DNA of 32,000 bases from Candidatus Nanopusillus sp. (GTDB taxonomy: Archaea; Nanobdellota; Nanobdellia; Nanobdellales; Nanobdellaceae), in NCBI GenBank assembly GCA_028275775.1, contig JAPWTZ010000004.1, forward strand, positions 1-32,000, in the 5' to 3' direction. Below the pieces are notes generated by a model. That model ran no database searches and was not told where the DNA came from. It saw nothing but the letters and a program-made list of their open reading frames with translations. Positions 26,339 to 32,000 of the stretch are shown here, one piece after another. Within the stretch, counting starts at the first letter, position 1; every line of letters begins with the position of its first letter. The translations under genes were made by a program, and so were the position numbers.

Positions 26339-26944
26339 ATGGTAAATGATATTAATGATTTAAAATTCCTTGGAAGATGGAAATATGAAATAGATGTAGA
26401 AGATGAAACTTTAAGGGCATTTATGAATTTAAAGCCATATATTGTTCCAAAGACAAATGGTAGATATCAAAATAGAAGATTTGGAAGAAAAAATATACCA
26501 ATTATAGAAAGATTAATTGGTAGATTAATGACACCAGGTCACTATGGTAGAAAACATAAGTTTACATCATATTATGCTTCTGGAGAATATTATAAAGTAT
26601 TAAAAATATTAATAAAGGCATTTGAAATAATTGAAAAGGAAACAAAACAAAATCCAATAAAAGTATTAACAAAAGCAATAGAAAATGCTGCTCCAAGAGA
26701 AGAAATAACAAATATAGAAATGGGTGGCGCAAGATATCCAAAGGCAGTGGATATTTCACCTTTAAGAAGAATTGATCTTGCTATAAGACATATTGTTTGG
26801 GGAGCATATCATAATTCTAGGAATAAAAAAGATATGGCAAGTGCATTGGCAAAAGAAATAATAAATGCATATAAAAATTCTGTAGAATCTTTTGCAATAC
26901 AGAAAAAATTAGAATTAGAAAGGTTAGCTTCATCTTCTAGATAA
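26339..26944 (+). CDS. rps7: 30S ribosomal protein S7
   Basis: 201 aa. IIERLIGRLM, IENAAPREEIT, GGARYPKAVDISPLRRIDLAIRHI and the ending ...ELERLASSSR are the archaeal S7 pattern. Confidence 0.92.
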   Translation: MVNDINDLKFLGRWKYEIDVEDETLRAFMNLKPYIVPKTNGRYQNRRFGRKNIPIIERLIGRLMTPGHYGRKHKFTSYYASGEYYKVLKILIKAFEIIEKETKQNPIKVLTKAIENAAPREEITNIEMGGARYPKAVDISPLRRIDLAIRHIVWGAYHNSRNKKDMASALAKEIINAYKNSVESFAIQKKLELERLASSSR

Positions 26945-26975
26945 TTTATAAATTATAAAATTAATTTTTATTTTT

Positions 26976-27461
26976 ATGAACCCGCGGAGTCTAGTACCAA
27001 AAAAAGTTTTCTTTACTTCTGGTATAGGTATATCAGATGATCCATTATTAAGTTTTGAATATGCATTGAGAGATGCAAAAATAGAGAAGTTTAATTTAGT
27101 TCCAGTATCAAGTATAGCACCGCCAAATATAAAAATTATAGACATAGATGAAGGATTAAAATATTTAAAGGCAGGTCAGATTGTATTTTGTGTTTTATCT
27201 AGATTTACTTCAAATGAAGAAGGTAAAGAAATATTTTCATCAGTTGGAGTAGCATTACCTAAGGATAAAAAATATAATGGATATTTTACAGAATACCATG
27301 GATATTATACTGGAAAAGAGGAAGGATATGCAAAAAATATGGCAAAAAATATGTTAAAGTCTATGTATAATATAGAAATAGATAAGGAATTTGAAATATT
27401 TAAAAAAGCTACTGTAAAGGATTATACAACTGTTGTATCTGCTGCAGTTTTTATTTTATAA
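26976..27461 (+). CDS. pdaD: Pyruvoyl-dependent arginine decarboxylase
   Basis: 161 aa. VPKKVFFTSGIGISDDPLLSFEYALRDAKIEKFNLVPVSSIAPP matches PdaD, including the self-cleavage region around the SS dipeptide. Confidence 0.88.
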   Translation: MNPRSLVPKKVFFTSGIGISDDPLLSFEYALRDAKIEKFNLVPVSSIAPPNIKIIDIDEGLKYLKAGQIVFCVLSRFTSNEEGKEIFSSVGVALPKDKKYNGYFTEYHGYYTGKEEGYAKNMAKNMLKSMYNIEIDKEFEIFKKATVKDYTTVVSAAVFIL

Positions 27462-28289
27462 TTATTCGAATATTTTTTGATATATTTCTTTTAATTGACT
27501 TGGAACAACGTGAGTATATATTTGTGTAATATTTAATGAACTATGACCAAGTATTTCTTGTATATATCTTATATCAACACCTTTTGATAATAATGTTGTC
27601 GCAAGAGAGTGTCTTAATACATGTGGAGTTACTTTTTTGTTTATTCCAGCTTTTTTTGCAATATTTTTTATAATTCTTTCTACTTGTCTTGATGATAATG
27701 GAAATATATTTTCAGTATTTATTTTATTTATATAATCCTTTAATTCATTTAATAATTCTTTTGGTATTGGTACTATTCTTTCTTTTCCCCCTTTTCCATA
27801 TACTTTTACAAAACCCTCTTCAAAAATTATATCATTCTTTTTTATTTTTACTAATTCTGAAACTCTTACTCCTGTATAAAATAGGAATTTAATAATTAGT
27901 TTATCTCTATAATTTTCAGCATTTTCTATTAATTTATTTAATTCATCATATGTAATAAATTTTGGCAATCTTTTATCTACCTTTGGAGCTTTTATTTGTT
28001 TTGCCAAACTTTCATTATCTAAAAATTTTAAAAATGATGATAGAGCTCTAACATATAATCTTAATGAATTTGAATCCAATTTTTTCTTAACCTTTATTTC
28101 AGCTAAAAATTTTAGGATTAAATTTTTATCTAAAGAATTATTAATAGATTTTGTATCTGTAATAATTATTCCATTATTTATTAGGAATTCTAAAAACCTC
28201 TTTATTATACCTGAATATGTTTTTATTGTATTTTTAGATTTTCCCTGTATTTCTAACCATACTTTATATTCTTCAATAATTTCATTCAT
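27462..28289 (-). CDS. xerA: Tyrosine recombinase, XerA-like
   Basis: 275 aa. It has an N-terminal SAM-like core-binding domain and the catalytic motifs TGVRVSEL (Arg), HVLRHSLAT (His-x-x-Arg) and LGHSSLNITQIYTHV (His...Tyr). Its stop codon abuts the pdaD stop with zero spacing. Confidence 0.88.
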   Translation of the reverse strand: MNEIIEEYKVWLEIQGKSKNTIKTYSGIIKRFLEFLINNGIIITDTKSINNSLDKNLILKFLAEIKVKKKLDSNSLRLYVRALSSFLKFLDNESLAKQIKAPKVDKRLPKFITYDELNKLIENAENYRDKLIIKFLFYTGVRVSELVKIKKNDIIFEEGFVKVYGKGGKERIVPIPKELLNELKDYINKINTENIFPLSSRQVERIIKNIAKKAGINKKVTPHVLRHSLATTLLSKGVDIRYIQEILGHSSLNITQIYTHVVPSQLKEIYQKIFE

Positions 28290-28348
28290 TTATATTTCAG
28301 GAATTTTGTGATATAAAAATTTTAAATTATAAAAATATTATAATTTTA

Positions 28349-28403
28349 TCCCTACCTGCCATGCACTGGGGATATATGAACCAGTTCCTCCAGGTAGGGG
28401 AGA
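28349..28403 (+). ncRNA. GC-rich structured hairpin, candidate H/ACA-like guide RNA
   Basis: CCCTACCTG (28350-28358) pairs with CAGGTAGGG (28391-28399). The internal loop is CCATGC / TCCTC. The inner stem is ACTGG (28365-28369) / CCAGT (28381-28385). The 11-nt apical loop GGATATATGAA has GA (28371-72) and GA (28378-79) able to form tandem sheared pairs (K-loop-like). An AGA/ATA (ANA-like) triplet follows the lower stem about 16 nt from the base of the upper stem. Strand and class are not certain. Confidence 0.4.
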
Positions 28404-28406
28404 ATA

Positions 28407-28455
28407 ATGATGTGGTTGGCTTGAAACTGAAAAATGATGAATACGGCTACGCTGA
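28407..28455 (+). ncRNA. C/D box sRNA (2'-O-methylation guide)
   Basis: Plus strand reads ATGATGT (C, imperfect, 28407-28413), GGTTGGCTTGAAA (guide), CTGA (D', 28427-28430), AAA, ATGATGA (C', 28434-28440), ATACGGCTACG (guide), CTGA (D, 28452-28455). It lies in a GC-rich intergenic island. The boxes are present only on the plus strand. Confidence 0.7.
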
Positions 28456-28477
28456 TAATTGTTTCTCCAAAATATCT

Positions 28478-28756
28478 TTAGCTTCCAAAGAATATTTTTC
28501 TATGTTTTTCGGAATATTCATCAAATATTTTGTAAAGTAAATCTTTATCATAACCATATTTTTTCATTAAATAAGATATTATTTCTATATCTTTAAGGTC
28601 TTTTTCTTCATATCTTTTTAAATAAGTAAATATTTTATCTACTAACAAATATTCCATCTTAGCAATATATAATTTTATTTTCTCTTTTCTTATTTTTAGT
28701 TCTATTTCATTATTTATATTCTTCTCTTTGGCAATTTCTTTAATAAATCTATGCAA
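28478..28756 (-). CDS. Hypothetical small protein at the position normally occupied by ribosomal stalk protein P1/L12
   Basis: 92-aa ORF from a TTG start. An internal ATG at 28657 would give a 59-aa product, MEYLLVDK...RKIFFGS. Charged and helical, with no clear family. See findings for the P1 hypothesis. Confidence 0.4.
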   Translation of the reverse strand: MHRFIKEIAKEKNINNEIELKIRKEKIKLYIAKMEYLLVDKIFTYLKRYEEKDLKDIEIISYLMKKYGYDKDLLYKIFDEYSEKHRKIFFGS

Positions 28757-28793
28757 AAACTATAGAATATTAAAAATAATTTTAAAATTTGCC

Positions 28794-29657
28794 TTAATCT
28801 TTAATATTTAGCTTTTCTTTCAATATTATAGATCTTCTGTTTGTAATTCTTAATAGATCTTTTATTGTATCTTTTGTTGGTATTCCTGTATTTAATGATA
28901 ATTTTACTAGGTTTTGATATGCTTTAGTTAATAATAATTTTATATTTTCTTTTGTTGGGAATGAAATCTCTATTGTTAATGATATTGCTTTTCTAAATCC
29001 AGATCTTAATTGATTTATATATTCTTCTAAAGGTGTTGATAATATATCATATGTATATAATGTTTTTCCATCATATACTAATAATAATTTTATTTTTACA
29101 GGTATTGGAGTTATATTAAATTTCTGTAATAATGATACCAACCCGCTATCAACTTTTTGACCCTTTTTTGCTACTAATGTATCTTCGGTTATAACAATTT
29201 TTCCATTTTCAACCTTTGTTTTTATATTGTATTTCTTTAATTCAGTTAGTACAGGACCAGGTGTTAAATTGGTGGGTCCAGCTCTTATTATTACATCCTC
29301 TTCTAATATATCCCCTTCTTTGGCAGCTCTATAGCTTTTATTTTCTTCCAATATTTTGTTTAATAAGAAAGGATTTATTTCTTCTTTTGGTAATAGTAAT
29401 AAAACTGTAATTCTTTTATTTTCTTCAATTATATCTATCATCTTTTTAATATTTTGATCATTAATTCTTTCTAAAGCTTTAATAAAAAGATTCTTTTTAA
29501 CAACTTTTACATCAATATTCATCTCCTTTAATTTTTTTCTAATTATTTGTAGAGAATCTGTAGGGATATCCATTATATTTGCTACTCCAATTATTTTAGA
29601 ATTCGATAATTTAGAATATAAGTCATTTACATATAATATTTTTTGTTGGGATACCAT
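28794..29657 (-). CDS. rpl10: 50S ribosomal protein L10 (P0)
   Basis: 287 aa. The N-terminal L10 domain (IGVANIMDIPTDSLQIIRKKLKE...VKVVKKNLFIKAL) and the archaeal domain II (AGPTNLTPGPVLTELKKYNIKTKVENGKIVI) are present. It lies directly downstream of rpl1. No acidic or hydrophobic C-terminal tail. Confidence 0.88.
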   Translation of the reverse strand: MVSQQKILYVNDLYSKLSNSKIIGVANIMDIPTDSLQIIRKKLKEMNIDVKVVKKNLFIKALERINDQNIKKMIDIIEENKRITVLLLLPKEEINPFLLNKILEENKSYRAAKEGDILEEDVIIRAGPTNLTPGPVLTELKKYNIKTKVENGKIVITEDTLVAKKGQKVDSGLVSLLQKFNITPIPVKIKLLLVYDGKTLYTYDILSTPLEEYINQLRSGFRKAISLTIEISFPTKENIKLLLTKAYQNLVKLSLNTGIPTKDTIKDLLRITNRRSIILKEKLNIKD

Positions 29658-29658
29658 T

Positions 29659-30312
29659 TTACATTATTCTTATAGAATCACTCATTGTTAGCTTTATATA
29701 AACACTCTTTATGCTATTCTTATTTCCAGGGATTCTGTTAATAAAATATTCTAATACATGATTTGCATTTTCTAATATATCTTCATATTTCATATCTTCA
29801 GTTCCAATTGGGATACCAATGGTTTTATGATTTTTTACAACAACTCTAACCATATTTTGTAATCTATTATAAATTGATCTTAAGAAATCCTGATTTGCAT
29901 TATCTGGAATTATCATTCCATATTTTGGATTTGGCATTTTATTTTTTGTAGATAAATATTTACCCAAATATCTTCCTACATCCATCATAGTTGATGCTTG
30001 TGCTACAAAGATATAATATCTTCTAACCAATTTTTTTGCTTCTCTTTTATTTTCAGCTATTTCCTTTATTTTATCTTTAACTAATACAAAATCAAATACT
30101 TCTTTTGCTGGTTTTTCTAATTCAGGTCCAACAATTGCAGCAATTTTTATTTTCTTTCCTCTACCTTTAGGTAATTCAATATATTCTGTAAATCTATTTT
30201 CACTTTTATTTAAATCATATTCTTTCTTTAAATTAATTATTAATTCTACTGTTTGTTTAAATCTTCTCTTTTTTGATTTTTCTATTAGTGATTGTATAGT
30301 TTTAACATCCAT
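29659..30312 (-). CDS. rpl1: 50S ribosomal protein L1
   Basis: 217 aa. KKRRFKQTVELIINLK ... ELPKGRGKKIKIAAIV ... FVAQASTMMDVGRYLGKYL is the L1 pattern. Confidence 0.92.
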   Translation of the reverse strand: MDVKTIQSLIEKSKKRRFKQTVELIINLKKEYDLNKSENRFTEYIELPKGRGKKIKIAAIVGPELEKPAKEVFDFVLVKDKIKEIAENKREAKKLVRRYYIFVAQASTMMDVGRYLGKYLSTKNKMPNPKYGMIIPDNANQDFLRSIYNRLQNMVRVVVKNHKTIGIPIGTEDMKYEDILENANHVLEYFINRIPGNKNSIKSVYIKLTMSDSIRIM

Positions 30313-30343
30313 AGAAAAATGAAATATGGAATATATTTAAAAA

Positions 30344-30496
30344 TTATTTTTTAGCAAATAGCTCTATTATTTCTCTTATTGATTTTTTAGATGAGAAATA
30401 TTTCCTTATATAATATCTTATAATTAGAAAAATTATAACAATTGATATAATTATCCCAGATATTAAACCAATAAAAAAACTTAAAATATCAAACAT
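30344..30496 (-). CDS. Candidate 50-aa single-pass membrane micro-protein between rpl11 and rpl1
   Basis: Hand translation of the minus strand gives MFDILSFFIGLISGIIISIVIIFLIIRYYIRKYFSSKKSIREIIELFAKK*. The ATG at 30496 is 1 nt after the rpl11 TGA stop (30498-30500), suggesting translational coupling. It is below the ORF-track size cut-off, and small AT-rich ORFs can arise by chance. Confidence 0.4.
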   Translation of the reverse strand: MFDILSFFIGLISGIIISIVIIFLIIRYYIRKYFSSKKSIREIIELFAKK

Positions 30497-30497
30497 A

Positions 30498-30977
30498 TCA
30501 TTTTAATAGATTATCATACAAACCCTGATCTACTTCTTTTATTAATTCTTTTGGATTTCTATTATTTACTGTTAATCCTAAAGATAATGCTGTCCCTAGA
30601 ACCATTTTTACTGCAGATTTTAAATTATTAGTATTTAAATCTTTCATTTTCATTTTTGCAACCTTTATTATTTGTTCCATTGTAACATTTCCAACAATTT
30701 CACCAGGTTTTGTTCTTTTTGCAATTTCTATATTTGCTTCTTTTTTTAATAATGATGATGTTGGTGGTAATCCTACTTCTATTTCATATTTTCTTGTTTC
30801 TGTATCTACAATTATTTTTACAGGTACCTGTAAACCTTTGAACTCTTTTGTAACTTCATTTATTTTACTTATTACTTCTCCAATGTTTAATTTTAGTTGA
30901 CTCAATTTTGGTCCTATATTTGGTCCTGGTTTAGCATTTCCACCTTCTACTAATAATTCTATAACTTCCTTGCCCAT
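30498..30977 (-). CDS. rpl11: 50S ribosomal protein L11
   Basis: 159 aa. VEGGNAKPGPNIGPKLSQLKLNIGEVISKINEVTKEFKG ... VGLPPTSSLLKKE is the L11 pattern. Confidence 0.93.
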   Translation of the reverse strand: MGKEVIELLVEGGNAKPGPNIGPKLSQLKLNIGEVISKINEVTKEFKGLQVPVKIIVDTETRKYEIEVGLPPTSSLLKKEANIEIAKRTKPGEIVGNVTMEQIIKVAKMKMKDLNTNNLKSAVKMVLGTALSLGLTVNNRNPKELIKEVDQGLYDNLLK

Positions 30978-31018
30978 ATAGATTTGTTTTTTAAAATATA
31001 ATTTTAAAGATTATATAG

Positions 31019-31204
31019 ATGGGTATTATTGATAGTATAAAAGAAATGAAGGAGATATATGAAACAGCTAATAAACCTAGTTGGGATGAAGTAAAGAAAT
31101 TGGTTTATGTTACATTATTATTCTTTGCATTAGTTGCAGCTATTGTATTGCCTATATTTATAAGTTTACAGTATAGTATAATGATATGCCAATATATGCC
31201 ATAG
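31019..31204 (+). CDS. secE: Preprotein translocase subunit SecE (Sec61 gamma)
   Basis: 61 aa. NKPSWDEVKKLVYVTLLFFALVAAIVLPIFI is the tail-anchor helix after the K-P-x-x-x-E motif. It lies immediately upstream of nusG, overlapping it by 19 nt. Confidence 0.8.
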   Translation: MGIIDSIKEMKEIYETANKPSWDEVKKLVYVTLLFFALVAAIVLPIFISLQYSIMICQYMP

Positions 31205-31623
31205 TTGTAACAGCTGGAAGAGAAGAACTTGTAGCGGATATTTTGGCAAATGAAGGAAAAAATGGAAAGTATGCTATATATTCTATAATGCAAATACCTG
31301 GTGTAAAAGGATATTTATTTGTTGAAACAACTAATTCTTTAGAATTACAGAGAGCTGTTTTAGGAATAAGACATGTTAGAAGAGTATTACCTCAGGAAAT
31401 TCCAATAGAAGATTTATTAAAATACTTTGAAGAAGAAAAAGTTAAATATGATATAAATGATATAGTGGAAGTATTATCTGGAGCATTTAAGGGAACTAGA
31501 GGAAAAATAATAAATATAGATGAAAAGAAAAAGGAAGTAACAATAGAATTAATTGATGTTCCAGTTCCTTTACAATTAAATGTACCTATAAATAGCTTAA
31601 AATTAATAGAAAAATCTAAATAA
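31186..31623 (+). CDS. nusG: Transcription elongation factor Spt5/NusG
   Basis: 145 aa. NGN domain (IYAIVVTAGREELVADIL ... GYLFVET) and KOW motif (DIVEVLSGAFKGTRGKIINID). Confidence 0.9.
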   Translation: MPIYAIVVTAGREELVADILANEGKNGKYAIYSIMQIPGVKGYLFVETTNSLELQRAVLGIRHVRRVLPQEIPIEDLLKYFEEEKVKYDINDIVEVLSGAFKGTRGKIINIDEKKKEVTIELIDVPVPLQLNVPINSLKLIEKSK

Positions 31624-32000
31624 CTTCAATTCCAAGATCACTTTCTAGCTTTTTCTGTTCCTCAGGTTTTAATTCTTTCTCTCCTGATTTTATTCCTAAT
31701 ATAAATGATGGAGGAGCTTTTAATTTTGTAATTGTTAATGATACTCTTACATAATTCTTTTTATCTTCTTCAAATGTAATACCTTGTATTATTTTTGCTT
31801 TTGGATCTAATACAGATTTTACTGTATCTAATATTTTATTTATATCAGTAGGTGTTACATCTGGTGATGCAACAATTCTTACCAGTGCTGCTTTTGCTCC
31901 TGTAGCATCCACATCAACTAATGGATTATTTAATGCTCTTTGAACAGCTTCTGCAGCCTTATTTTCTGAATTTGATTCTCCAACTCCAAATACACCATAT
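31616..32000 (-). CDS. ftsZ: Cell division protein FtsZ, C-terminal part; the 5' end lies outside the window
   Basis: The frame stays open upstream of the GTG at 31912 to the window edge: YGVFGVGESNSENKAAEAVQRALNNPLVD-VDATGAKAALVRIVASPDVT... This is the FtsZ C-terminal domain pattern (A..A...PLL....GAk..L..I.gg.d). Confidence 0.85.
   Translation of the reverse strand, partial: YGVFGVGESNSENKAAEAVQRALNNPLVDVDATGAKAALVRIVASPDVTPTDINKILDTVKSVLDPKAKIIQGITFEEDKKNYVRVSLTITKLKAPPSFILGIKSGEKELKPEEQKKLESDLGIEVI

Noticed and set aside
26562-27145. Minus-strand ORFs 26562-26759 and 26930-27145
   Set aside because: Antisense to rps7 and pdaD, both confidently identified.
27689-27892. 67-aa plus-strand ORF
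   Set aside because: Antisense within the XerA-like recombinase gene.
27462-28289. The tyrosine recombinase as the integrase of an integrated mobile element or provirus
   Set aside because: Its size and motifs fit the chromosomal XerA dimer-resolution recombinase. Its neighbours are housekeeping genes and guide RNAs. I saw no tRNA target, flanking direct repeats, or phage/plasmid genes. Not excluded, but unsupported.
28349-28403. A tRNA or split-tRNA half in the GC-rich hairpin
   Set aside because: There is no T-loop (GTTC(G/A)A), D-arm or anticodon-arm geometry on either strand. A single 51-nt hairpin with an internal loop does not fit a cloverleaf or a tRNA half with a leader.
29216-29410. 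64-aa plus-strand ORF
   Set aside because: Antisense within rpl10 (P0).
31105-31293. 62-aa minus-strand ORF
   Set aside because: Antisense across the secE/nusG junction, where both sense genes are well supported.
1-32000. CRISPR arrays, rRNA genes, IS elements or long direct or inverted repeats
   Set aside because: By reading the sequence I found no regularly spaced repeats, no rRNA-like GC-rich blocks longer than about 110 nt, and no transposase-like ORFs. A computational repeat search would be needed to exclude short dispersed repeats.

Overview
This is an AT-rich (about one quarter G+C by eye), very gene-dense archaeal chromosome segment. Many neighbouring genes overlap, including convergent pairs. 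Standard genetic code: TAA, TAG and TGA all end recognisable genes.

Housekeeping content is clear:
- rps24e-rps27ae.
- A family-4 uracil-DNA glycosylase.
- Agmatinase and pyruvoyl arginine decarboxylase.
- The archaeal RNA polymerase operon rpoH-rpoB2(B'')-rpoB1(B')-rpoA1-rpoA2-rpl30e-rps12-(membrane ORF)-rps7.
- A XerA-like tyrosine recombinase.
- rpl11-rpl1-rpl10 lying divergent from secE-nusG.
- The 3' end of ftsZ.

Split rpoB, GC-rich small RNAs in an AT-rich background, scrambled ribosomal operons and cysteine-rich secreted proteins suggest a reduced-genome thermophilic archaeon, Nanoarchaeota/DPANN-like. That assignment is inference only.

The most interesting region is a roughly 11.6 kb, 12-gene minus-strand cluster (15990 down to 4424). 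It encodes a class III (prepilin-like) signal-peptide protein, a FlaJ/TadC/PilC-like polytopic platform protein and four small pilin-like paralogs. It also encodes a membrane-anchored papain-like cysteine protease, an unknown 403-aa polytopic membrane protein and several large Cys-rich N-anchored extracellular proteins with no recognisable family. No secretion ATPase or prepilin peptidase is present in the cluster. I propose it is an uncharacterised pilus/adhesin/protease cell-surface module, possibly for cell-cell or host contact.

Three small guide-RNA candidates sit in GC-rich islands: two C/D box sRNAs and one H/ACA-like hairpin directly abutting a C/D sRNA. I saw no rRNA, tRNA, CRISPR array or IS element.
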